A stretch of DNA of 32,000 nt from Candidatus Heimdallarchaeota archaeon (GTDB lineage Archaea > Asgardarchaeota > Heimdallarchaeia > Heimdallarchaeales > Kariarchaeaceae): the NCBI GenBank assembly GCA_030149205.1, contig JASBSB010000001.1:960001-992000 (forward strand), given 5' to 3'. The position numbers and the translations under genes were made by a program. The notes beneath the pieces were generated by a model. The model searched no databases and was not told the origin of the DNA. It worked only from the letters and a program-made list of their open reading frames with translations. Every line of letters begins with the position of its first letter. Within the stretch, counting starts at the first letter, position 1. Below, in pieces: positions 1 to 8,329 of this stretch.

Positions 1-522
1 TCAACTCTTATCAAACATATCCCAAATAAGATACAGACTGACATTACTCCCGACATTCAACCTAGATTGTTTTTTGATAAACATTTCATGATAAAGTATT
101 CTCCAGATACAAATTTAGTGTTATTTGAGTTGGACGCGCCTACAATTTCAACTTGGACACAGTACATATCAGTTTCAGAATTTGTCTTCGTGCTAATCTC
201 CGAAGAAGATCTAAGTAAAAGAGATGATGAATTTAAAGAATTCCTTGAACACATAATCAAGAATAGGTCCAGAGAATCTAGAGTTCTCCTTCTTGTGACA
301 AAGGTCTCTAAGGGAACTAAGAAGAAAACAATTAATTCTAACCTTAGTTCCATTGTAGAAAGGATAGATGACTGTCCCATAGATTTATCTCATGATTTGT
401 TTCTTGTTTCAATGGGAAACCCATTTCCAGATCTTGGAGGTCAACAAAAAGTCAATCTGAATGAAAAAGAAATTCAACTGATTTTTAATAGTATCAAACC
501 ATTGAACAAAAACCTAAGCTAA
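1..522 (+). CDS. 5'-truncated degenerate small GTPase-like protein (Ras/Arf superfamily fold, probable pseudo-GTPase)
   Basis: Frame 1 is open from base 1 (STLIKHIPNKIQTDITPDIQPRL...), so the CDS starts outside the window. STLIKHI resembles the tail of a GxxxxGKS/T P-loop. Downstream segments follow G-domain order: NLVLFELDA (G3 position), TWTQYI, EFVFVLIS, RVLLLVTKVS (G4 position), LFLVSM (G5 position), final helix. Confidence 0.55.
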   Translation, partial: STLIKHIPNKIQTDITPDIQPRLFFDKHFMIKYSPDTNLVLFELDAPTISTWTQYISVSEFVFVLISEEDLSKRDDEFKEFLEHIIKNRSRESRVLLLVTKVSKGTKKKTINSNLSSIVERIDDCPIDLSHDLFLVSMGNPFPDLGGQQKVNLNEKEIQLIFNSIKPLNKNLS

Positions 523-524
523 AT

Positions 525-2345
525 CTATTTGCCTGATAAGAAAAATAGGGAATAGATCAGGATGAGATCAATACTTTCTGGGTCAGTTAGTATAGTGGAG
601 AGTGTTTTTAATATTAGGTCAGGCTCTTTATTTTCATAACTGACACCAATTAAATGATAATATTTAGGAGTTCCTATGATTATCTCTGTCTCAGTCTCAT
701 TTAAAGGGATTGTGTCAGCTTGAAACATGAACCTAAAAGATTCATTATTAGATTTAGCTATAATTATAAAAATATCGTTTCTTATTCCATTCATACGTTT
801 TTTGACCGAGGTAAATGGTGTTTGCCAATGAACATCCCTGTAGTAAGATGAACCTACTGTAAGAATTGTTTGATTTATCTGTAGGTTAGGAAGAGAGGAA
901 TACATGATGTTTTCAAGAACCTCACCATCAACAGAAACTAATTCAGGGAACACCTTACTTGAATTGTGGAACTTGATCAATTGAGTTGAGTTTATTTCCA
1001 ACAGGCTGGAACCTGACGCTAGTTGTTCTGCAATTGTTTGGTGGTCGATTTTGTCTTCTTGAATTACGATGGCTTCAAGAACATCAATCAAATTTTTATG
1101 TGGAATCCCTAGGTAAATTCCATCATTCTCTAACAGAACCTTCTGAGCCAGTTTGCTTCCAATCTCCTTAATCTCTTCAATAAGATCATCCCTGTTTAGC
1201 AGCTTGAATAATTGTTGGAGAGCTTCTTTTCTTTTCCCTTCTGAAATCAGACCTTCAGCAAGGATATAATCTAAGTATTGATCATAAGGAGGAATAAGCT
1301 CATTTTCAAGGAATTGTTGTAAATTATCAGGTGAAAGTGAATTGCTCCACTTAGAATTATAATTTAGTATTGTAAAGATTCGGGCCAAGGATAGATGAAG
1401 CCATGCTTGGGCTGGAAGAATTGGACTCCACTGATCAACAATTGATTTTAATTGGATGACTAACAATTGAGTTTTGTCCAGATCATTTTCACTAAGTGAA
1501 ACTGGGTTCCAAAGAATTCCTGTTGAGAATTGAATATAATCCCTCAAAATTGAAGCATAATACATAGGATCATCTTTTTTTCCCAATTCTCCAGCCAACA
1601 CCACAAAGTTCCCCAATTTACGAATCTCGTCAATTACCTCATCGGACAATGTTGCTTTAGATTGAACTATTTCGATTTGAATTATTAATACCTGTACACT
1701 CACTAATTCCTCAAGCTCTATATTGTCATCTTTTGTAAGCCTCTTTGATGTTGTAAATTTAACTGTCAATTTTTTTAATTTTGAGGTAACCTCATCTTTA
1801 ATCTCATTCAATGCTTCTAACTGAACATAGTTGCCACCAAATAAGTTGCTTAGCTGTAGAGTTAGATAATTCTTTAATGATGCATATCCAAAGTCTTTGT
1901 TGTAAATTAGCTCTTCATTCGAACTAAGTATACCATATCTCAAATTTTTTATCCTATAAGAATATTGAGCAAAATTCGTTAATTCAGTATCTCCATAATT
2001 TTCAGATAATAGATAAGCCCGGTCAATATATAGCTCTGCCTCAGCTAGATTGTATTCAACACTTAGGAAATGAAGCTTCTCAAGCCCAATAGCTAACATC
2101 GCATAGGGTAATTGCTTAAATGAAATCATTTCTAGTCCAAAGTCTTCCAGTAATTGTTTCGACTTTTCATTTTGTATTTTTACACTCTTCACCCATTCTG
2201 AGGCAACATGCATCCTCTCCTGACGGTCTGAGGGTTTGATTTTGGTTGAATCTGATCCTCTTTGTGGAATAGGGATATAACAGGTTAAACAGTACAATGG
2301 TGAGAGCATTGAAGGTTCAGTTCCACAGATCAGGCACTGTGTCAT
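525..2345 (-). CDS. Hypothetical protein with N-terminal CxxC-CxxC zinc ribbon, helical (TPR-like) middle and beta-rich C-terminal domain
   Basis: 606 aa ORF; CLICG...YCLTC at the N-terminus; amphipathic helical repeats; TATA-like element 26-31 nt upstream of the ATG. Confidence 0.65.
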   Translation of the reverse strand: MTQCLICGTEPSMLSPLYCLTCYIPIPQRGSDSTKIKPSDRQERMHVASEWVKSVKIQNEKSKQLLEDFGLEMISFKQLPYAMLAIGLEKLHFLSVEYNLAEAELYIDRAYLLSENYGDTELTNFAQYSYRIKNLRYGILSSNEELIYNKDFGYASLKNYLTLQLSNLFGGNYVQLEALNEIKDEVTSKLKKLTVKFTTSKRLTKDDNIELEELVSVQVLIIQIEIVQSKATLSDEVIDEIRKLGNFVVLAGELGKKDDPMYYASILRDYIQFSTGILWNPVSLSENDLDKTQLLVIQLKSIVDQWSPILPAQAWLHLSLARIFTILNYNSKWSNSLSPDNLQQFLENELIPPYDQYLDYILAEGLISEGKRKEALQQLFKLLNRDDLIEEIKEIGSKLAQKVLLENDGIYLGIPHKNLIDVLEAIVIQEDKIDHQTIAEQLASGSSLLEINSTQLIKFHNSSKVFPELVSVDGEVLENIMYSSLPNLQINQTILTVGSSYYRDVHWQTPFTSVKKRMNGIRNDIFIIIAKSNNESFRFMFQADTIPLNETETEIIIGTPKYYHLIGVSYENKEPDLILKTLSTILTDPESIDLILIYSLFFLSGK

Positions 2346-2370
2346 CAGAATGCAAGTTAACCTTCTCTTT

Positions 2371-2383
2371 CTTAAAGACTTTG
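2371..2383 (-). promoter_or_regulatory. BRE/TATA promoter of the 606 aa gene
   Basis: Minus strand reads CAAAGTCTTTAAG, 26-38 nt upstream of the ATG at 2345, which is typical leaderless spacing. Confidence 0.5.
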
Positions 2384-2577
2384 AAAACTACTTAAAATTT
2401 CATTGCCAGATTTTCATCTTGTTTTAGAGGCAGCTTTAATCAGAACATAATTATTAAATTATAGATTGATTGATCCCGCCAAACCTGTCAAAGATTTTTC
2501 GTATAACTCAAATTCGGCAAACTTATAAATCATGCTGATTAGAAAACTCACCAAATAATTGGTTGTTAGGGAAGAAC

Positions 2578-2606
2578 GATTTCGGAGGGAATAACCCTCT
2601 GAGATC
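2578..2606 (+). other. Intergenic stem-loop (12 bp stem with two G-U pairs, AAUAA loop)
   Basis: GATTTCGGAGGG-AATAA-CCCTCTGAGATC; unusually GC-rich for this intergenic region. Confidence 0.5.
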
Positions 2607-2665
2607 CTGATTTAGATTATTTGTTTATTTGTGACTTATTTTACTATTCTTATCAACAAGTCAGT

Positions 2666-2680
2666 CGAAAGTCTTTATTT
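2666..2680 (+). promoter_or_regulatory. BRE/TATA promoter of the GNAT gene
   Basis: CGAAAGTCTTTATTT; the TATA lies 27-33 nt upstream of ATG 2707 and shares the AAAGTCTTTA core with the divergent promoter. Confidence 0.5.
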
Positions 2681-2706
2681 CTCTTAAGAAATTGAAAATT
2701 AAACAG

Positions 2707-3426
2707 ATGAAATCAAATTTTGCTCAAAAGGTGATTAAAGATCGACAGTCCTTATTTTTCCTGAGATTGATGAACGAAAAAGACCTAGATGAGATCTCTG
2801 CATGGCCCTTCTTTACAGATCAGTATCTTAGTTGGGCTAATTTCTCATTCTTTCAACCACAAGAGAAAAGATTTTGGTTCAAGGCGAACAACACAGAGTC
2901 ACTGTTTTGGTTCTCTTTCCTTGTCGACGGGCATATACTTTCAAACCCAGAACACCTAAAGTCTTGGATAGAAGAAGGCTGTAAGGGCGAGCTTTCATTT
3001 CAAAACCCCCATAACTCCACCCATATAGAGCAATTTGATGATGAGCTTAGAAAATCATTCAACCTCGATGCAAACGCTTCGAGGAAATTATTGGTTGGAC
3101 GAATCTCTATAACTACAACACCAAATGAGGATGAAGTGATCTTTGGAATTGCGATTCATCCAGATTTTGTTAATTTACACCTGGGAAGATTAGCAACTCA
3201 AATGATGTTGTTTGCTCTATTTGAGTTATCAGACATAGACTCAGTCTGGTTGGAGACTCAGGAGGTAAACGTTAGGGCTCAAAGACTTTATGAAAGGCTT
3301 GGATTTAAGAGATTGGGATATCATTATAAGAGGAACAATGACAGAATTTTAGAAAAGAGGTATGCCTATGCCTTTACACGTCAAGAAAAAGAATTTATTC
3401 CAGATCTATTTATTGTGGAGGAATGA
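2707..3426 (+). CDS. GNAT family N-acetyltransferase (RimJ/RimL-like)
   Basis: LVGRISI...FGIAIHPDF..LHLG (acetyl-CoA loop), VWLET..VNVRAQRLYERLGF. ATG 2707 is preferred over TTG 2692 from promoter spacing. Confidence 0.85.
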   Translation: MKSNFAQKVIKDRQSLFFLRLMNEKDLDEISAWPFFTDQYLSWANFSFFQPQEKRFWFKANNTESLFWFSFLVDGHILSNPEHLKSWIEEGCKGELSFQNPHNSTHIEQFDDELRKSFNLDANASRKLLVGRISITTTPNEDEVIFGIAIHPDFVNLHLGRLATQMMLFALFELSDIDSVWLETQEVNVRAQRLYERLGFKRLGYHYKRNNDRILEKRYAYAFTRQEKEFIPDLFIVEE

Positions 3427-3576
3427 AGTCAGTGAGCATGAAGCGTGACCTTCCAACGATTGACTAAGAAGATCCCCCTAAATTACATATTTTTCACTTA
3501 TATAATATTTTTTTGGATTTAGAATGAATACTTGCTCACACAACCAAGTTTAATTTTAGTCACATTATTATTAATT

Positions 3577-5631
3577 ATGGAAGCACCGAAAGCAAAAATC
3601 ATCCCCACAAAGCGTACCATAAATGGCGTGGATCTTGAGGATAATTATGCGTGGTTAAGAGACAAAGAGAACCCCGAGGTAATTAAGTACTTAGAGGATG
3701 AAAATAAATATACTGAGGCCTATATGGGAGATACTTCAGATTTTCAGGAAAGCTTGTTTGAAGAATTGAAAGGGCGTATCAAGGAAACAGATCAAACTTA
3801 CCCAGTAACGAGGGATGGCTACCTCTATTACACTAGAACGGAGAAAGGGAAAAACTATCCCATCTACTGTAGAAAAAGAGGAAACATGGAGGCTGAAGAG
3901 CAGGTATATTTGGATTGTAACCAGTTAGCAGAGGGTCTTGAATATTTCAGATTGGGAGGGATGTCCTTAAGTCCAGACCAGCGGTTTTTAGCTTATTCGA
4001 CAGACGTTACAGGATATGAAATTTATACTATTGAAATAAAGGATTTGCAAAGTGGACAAAAACTTGCTGATAAAATAGAGAACGTTGCAGGTGATGTTTT
4101 ATGGACTCCAAATGGAGATTTTTTGATATATGACCTTCTGGACGATATTCACCGACCATTCGCAGTTTATTATCACAAGGTTGGAGGAGAAAACTCAGAA
4201 GATAAATTGATTTATCAGGATGACGATAATCAATTCTTTGTCTCTTTTTCCAAGTCTAGAGACAAGAAATATTTCTATATATCAAGCACATCACAAAACT
4301 CAAATGAGACAAGGTATGCGAGGTTTGCTCAGAATACTTCGAATTCACCCTTTGAATCTGAATTAGAGGTATTTATGGCTCGAAGAGACAAGATTGAATA
4401 CAACATCAGCCACCATGAAGGTGACTTTTATATTACAACCAATGAAAACGCCGTGAATTTTGAGGTATTTAAAACAAAGGTGGAATCACCAGAGAGAGAG
4501 AAATGGGAAACGGTCATACCACACAACATAAATGTGCAAAACTTGGGCGTGAGTTCTTTCAAATCACATTTGGTGTTTCTCCAGAGAAAAGGTGGGTTTA
4601 TTCACATGGAAGTTAGAGACCTTGAAAAAGGAGAAACTTGGCCTATAAAATTCCCAGAGGACATCTACTCTGTTTGGACTGGAGCAAACCCCGAGTATGA
4701 ATCTAAGGTTCTAAGGTTACATTTCTCGTCTCCTATTACACCGAGTATCACGTATGATTACGATATCGAGAAAAGAGAACTTTTACTTCGTAAACAGGAA
4801 GAGGTTAAAGGATATGAACCTAAAAATTATGTTACATTCCGTAAGTATGCAACAGCTAAGGATGGGACGAGGGTCCCACTCTCAATAGCCCACCATAAAG
4901 ATTTGAAATACGATGGACAAAATCCTACACTGCTTTATGGTTACGGTTCATATGGTTACAGTATTGATCCTGGCTTTGCAACGAACATGTTAAGTTTGTT
5001 GGAAAGAGGCATGATTTTTGTAATTGCCCATATCCGAGGTGGAGGAGAGATGGGTAAACCATGGTATGAGGATGGAAAGTTCTTGCACAAAAAAAATACT
5101 TTTGAGGATTTCATTTCAGCTGCTGAATATTTAGTGTCAGAGAGACTTACCAATTCAGGTAAATTGGCAATAATGGGAGGAAGTGCCGGAGGATTACTCA
5201 TGGGTGCGGTAGTCAATATGAGACCTGACTTGTTCAAGGTTGTTGTTGCGAGAGTACCTTTTGTTGATGTAATTAACACAATGTTAGACCCATCAATTCC
5301 TCTTACGACAGCAGAGTACAAAGAATGGGGAAATCCCAATGAAAAGGATTTTTTTGATTACATGCTATCCTATTCCCCCTACAATAATGTAGAAGCAAAG
5401 AACTATCCTAGTATGTTAGTAACAGCTGGTTTAAATGATCCTAGAGTCCATTATTGGGAACCTTCAAAATGGGTCGCAAAACTTAGAAATCTAAAGACCG
5501 ACAACAATATTTTACTGTTGAAGACAAACATGGGAGCTGGACATGGTGGGGCCTCTGGCAGATATGATAGTCTAAAAGAGACGGCCTTTATCTACACATT
5601 TATTCTGAAAGAGCTTGGGATCCTCAAGTAG
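3577..5631 (+). CDS. ptrB: Oligopeptidase B (S9A prolyl oligopeptidase family)
   Basis: DNYAWLRD N-terminus, beta-propeller region, HIRGGGE, catalytic GGSAGG, NDPRV and GHGG motifs. ATG 3577 is preferred over TTG 3532. Confidence 0.95.
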   Translation: MEAPKAKIIPTKRTINGVDLEDNYAWLRDKENPEVIKYLEDENKYTEAYMGDTSDFQESLFEELKGRIKETDQTYPVTRDGYLYYTRTEKGKNYPIYCRKRGNMEAEEQVYLDCNQLAEGLEYFRLGGMSLSPDQRFLAYSTDVTGYEIYTIEIKDLQSGQKLADKIENVAGDVLWTPNGDFLIYDLLDDIHRPFAVYYHKVGGENSEDKLIYQDDDNQFFVSFSKSRDKKYFYISSTSQNSNETRYARFAQNTSNSPFESELEVFMARRDKIEYNISHHEGDFYITTNENAVNFEVFKTKVESPEREKWETVIPHNINVQNLGVSSFKSHLVFLQRKGGFIHMEVRDLEKGETWPIKFPEDIYSVWTGANPEYESKVLRLHFSSPITPSITYDYDIEKRELLLRKQEEVKGYEPKNYVTFRKYATAKDGTRVPLSIAHHKDLKYDGQNPTLLYGYGSYGYSIDPGFATNMLSLLERGMIFVIAHIRGGGEMGKPWYEDGKFLHKKNTFEDFISAAEYLVSERLTNSGKLAIMGGSAGGLLMGAVVNMRPDLFKVVVARVPFVDVINTMLDPSIPLTTAEYKEWGNPNEKDFFDYMLSYSPYNNVEAKNYPSMLVTAGLNDPRVHYWEPSKWVAKLRNLKTDNNILLLKTNMGAGHGGASGRYDSLKETAFIYTFILKELGILK

Positions 5632-6298
5632 ATCTGATAATTTTTAAAATAACTTTTGCTAACTCTCTTTCTGCAGTTTGTTTAGATGTGGCAGGAGGTC
5701 CACTCAATTTGATATATTGCCCCAAGATGTATTGATTCACAGTTGAGATGAATAATGGGCTGTGGTCTGTTCCCCCCACTCGTGTTGTCGTATAATCCAG
5801 AGGCATCTCACCTTTACTTTGGAGCAATTCTTGAAGTTCTCCCTTATAGTTGACATCAATTATATCTGGTATTTCAGTAAATTTTTCGTTGATTATATCA
5901 ATAATATTCCTAACTATGTCTCTAAGAACTGAGATTTGGTTATGGAGATACGAGATCCCTATTAAAGCCTCAATACATTCTTTCAGGTCATTTTCACTTA
6001 CGTTAACGTCTGAAATAATTTCAATGAGGTTGAAATAATCTACTAAAAATCCTAAGGTTCTTCTGTTTACCAGTGAAGAAATTATCTGTGTGATCTTCCC
6101 TGAATTTAGAACACCGCTTTGTCCAATTTCCTCAACTAATATTAGATCTAATACTTTGTCTCCAAGAAGAGCGAAAAATTTGAATTCATCTCCTCCCTTA
6201 ATAGATTTTGGAGTCAGGGCAAGTTTTGTGTAATCTGAGGATGGGATTTTGAAAAATAACGTTAGAGATTCTAGGGTATACGGTTTTTCTGAAATCAT
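5624..6298 (-). CDS. rnc: Ribonuclease III family protein (RIII domain + dsRBD) with variant signature
   Basis: ALTPKS (cf. ALTHRS), FALLGDKVLDL (cf. LEFLGD), SLVNRRTL, ECIEALIG (cf. D..EALIG). C-terminal dsRBD: NYKGELQELLQ...GGTDHSPLF...SKQTAE. Confidence 0.85.
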   Translation of the reverse strand: MISEKPYTLESLTLFFKIPSSDYTKLALTPKSIKGGDEFKFFALLGDKVLDLILVEEIGQSGVLNSGKITQIISSLVNRRTLGFLVDYFNLIEIISDVNVSENDLKECIEALIGISYLHNQISVLRDIVRNIIDIINEKFTEIPDIIDVNYKGELQELLQSKGEMPLDYTTTRVGGTDHSPLFISTVNQYILGQYIKLSGPPATSKQTAERELAKVILKIIRST

Positions 6299-6525
6299 TA
6301 TTTCAATCCGTTAAAGGTAAATGAGCAAGTTGAAGGGCACATTGCTTCCTCATAAATTACGTCCATACCGTTTTTATCTACATTTGGGTGATGACCTCTC
6401 CATTTTTGATGCCAAGTTTTGCTGCTTTTCCATCTGTCAAATTCCTGAACTTTTTGATATGGGTTAATAAACAAGCTCCCAAGTAATAAATCCAACAATT
6501 TTTTTGGAGCTTTTAAAATGCTCAT
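6298..6525 (-). CDS. Small hypothetical protein translationally coupled to rnc
   Basis: Its TAA overlaps the rnc ATG (TAATG). TTAATATA lies 22-29 nt upstream of ATG 6525; ATG 6534 is an alternative start. No recognisable family. Confidence 0.5.
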   Translation of the reverse strand: MSILKAPKKLLDLLLGSLFINPYQKVQEFDRWKSSKTWHQKWRGHHPNVDKNGMDVIYEEAMCPSTCSFTFNGLK

Positions 6526-6670
6526 AATATCCATATCTCTATTCTACTATATTAATTTTCATATTTCAGAACTTCATTTACTTTAGTGTCAGATATTATA
6601 GAAAATCTATCTGATGATATTTTGCTTACTTGAAAATGTACATATACTAAAACACCTCCTCCCTTATTTG

Positions 6671-7630
6671 ATGTTAACTTTACCTGATCTTGAAGAAGCT
6701 TTTAATCGATTAGAGCCAGTAGTAAATAAAACTCCAGTTTTCACTTCTCGAACACTAAATTCAGAACTAGACCTAGAAATTTATTTTAAGCTTGAAAGTT
6801 TTCAGAGGATGGGGGCCTTCAAATTTCGTGGAGCTTATAATGCACTGTCCTTACTCTCTCCTTCAGAGAAGGAAAGAGGAGTTGTAACACATTCCAGTGG
6901 AAATCATGCACAAGCGATAGCGTTAGCTGGAAAGTTGCTTAAAATAAAAACTATCATTGTGATGCCATCTAATGCACCAGCAGTCAAAAAATCTGCAACA
7001 CTGGGGTATGGAGCTGAGGTTGTGGAATGCAAGCCAACTACCAGAGATAGGGAGGAGACCTGTGAATCTTTGATAAAGAAGCATGGATATACTTTAATTC
7101 ATCCGTATGACAATGATAACGTCATTGCTGGGGCCTCAACTGCTGTACAAGAGCTGATAAAGGAATATGGCAAATTTGATGCCGTTATTGCCCCTGTGGG
7201 TGGTGGAGGTTTATTAAGTGGTACTGCACTTTATTCCAAGTTAAGTGGGAATGTTAAGCGAGTCTTTGGTGCAGAACCAAGTCAAGCAGACGATGCGTAC
7301 AGATCATTTCACACAAACAAAGTACAGCCTCAGCTTCATCCAAATACAATAGCTGATGGATTGAGAACATCCTTATCTGAAAGGACATTTGGTTATATTA
7401 AAACCCACGTAGATGAAATTATTCGTGTAGATGAGGGAGAAATCGTTAATTCCATGAGATTCATTTGGGAAAGGATGAAATCTGTTGTTGAACCTTCTGG
7501 TGCTACCTCACTTGCTGCTGTAAGAAACGCCAGATCAGAGGGTCTTATTGAAGATCATCAAAAAATTGGTCTCATCATTAGTGGGGGAAACGTTGATCTC
7601 AACCCTTATTTCAAAATATTTGCGACCTAA
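6671..7630 (+). CDS. PLP-dependent serine racemase / Ser-Thr dehydratase (fold type II, no ACT domain)
   Basis: FKFRGA (PLP lysine), VVTHSSGNH, IHPY, PVGGGGL, AEPSQADD, TIADGL, WERMK.VVEP, SGGNVDL. Start placed at ATG 6671 (MLTLPDL). Confidence 0.88.
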   Translation: MLTLPDLEEAFNRLEPVVNKTPVFTSRTLNSELDLEIYFKLESFQRMGAFKFRGAYNALSLLSPSEKERGVVTHSSGNHAQAIALAGKLLKIKTIIVMPSNAPAVKKSATLGYGAEVVECKPTTRDREETCESLIKKHGYTLIHPYDNDNVIAGASTAVQELIKEYGKFDAVIAPVGGGGLLSGTALYSKLSGNVKRVFGAEPSQADDAYRSFHTNKVQPQLHPNTIADGLRTSLSERTFGYIKTHVDEIIRVDEGEIVNSMRFIWERMKSVVEPSGATSLAAVRNARSEGLIEDHQKIGLIISGGNVDLNPYFKIFAT

Positions 7631-7634
7631 AGGT

Positions 7635-8288
7635 TTAGTATCTACAGACAGTAGGAGAAAATATATTACGGATAGTGTAGTTTGACCAACCATACTGTAA
7701 ATCAAGAGATATGGTTTGGTTACGTGGAGACATGCTACACTGTTGAGTGAAATAATCCATTGTTAAAGAAAAATTCACAGGTTGTGCTGGTTGTATGGTG
7801 TTGGATCTACTTACGTTAAGAAAGAATGGCACATTGATATACGAGCTGTTGATTTCATACTGAACTGTAAAATAATGATTTGACAAGGCTTTATTAAAGG
7901 ATTTGAATAATCCAGGGGCTGTTGATACATGTGAACTTAGCAGAATGTCTTTACCGAATAAAGACAATACAAAGTATTTCGAACCATTTATTGTCTCGAT
8001 AGTCAAAACAACAGATGACTTGTCATTCAAATTTTTTTGAATAGTTTCCAACTGGGATAACCCAAAGGATTCAGTATTATTCATCATGATTAAAGGAAAT
8101 TTTATAATCATTGAACTGTCTACTTGTGTTTGTATCCTAATAGAGACATCTTCAGTGTATATATTAGGATTGACCCAAATCACTACAGCGGGGTAAAGTA
8201 AACCACCAATTGATACGAATAACAATGTCAAAACTATGATTAAAGTGCGACGACTTATCTTATAACCGTCTTTCTTCGAATTTCCCAT
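7635..8288 (-). CDS. Hypothetical membrane-anchored extracellular protein
   Basis: Basic N-terminus followed by a long hydrophobic segment; Ser/Thr/Asn-rich with several NxS/T sequons; two Cys near the C-terminus. Confidence 0.7.
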   Translation of the reverse strand: MGNSKKDGYKISRRTLIIVLTLLFVSIGGLLYPAVVIWVNPNIYTEDVSIRIQTQVDSSMIIKFPLIMMNNTESFGLSQLETIQKNLNDKSSVVLTIETINGSKYFVLSLFGKDILLSSHVSTAPGLFKSFNKALSNHYFTVQYEINSSYINVPFFLNVSRSNTIQPAQPVNFSLTMDYFTQQCSMSPRNQTISLDLQYGWSNYTIRNIFSPTVCRY

Positions 8289-8329
8289 AATTAAACTAAT
8301 TTGGAATCTAAATAAGTTTAAAGATGTGT

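Noticed and set aside
2590-2615. CTGAGA followed by CCTGAT, resembling a TPP riboswitch
   Set aside because: The two motifs are directly adjacent, without the P2/P3 arms, the GAA junction or the P5 and AGGGA elements, and the downstream gene is not thiamine-related.
3532-3576. Hydrophobic N-terminal extension of oligopeptidase B as a signal peptide
   Set aside because: It derives from an AT-rich stretch after a TTG and has no basic n-region or cleavage site; family homology begins at MEAPKAK (ATG 3577).
6614-6670. Longer start for the serine racemase/dehydratase
   Set aside because: The family N-terminus corresponds to MLTLPDLEEA (6671); the extra 19 codons look like promoter sequence.
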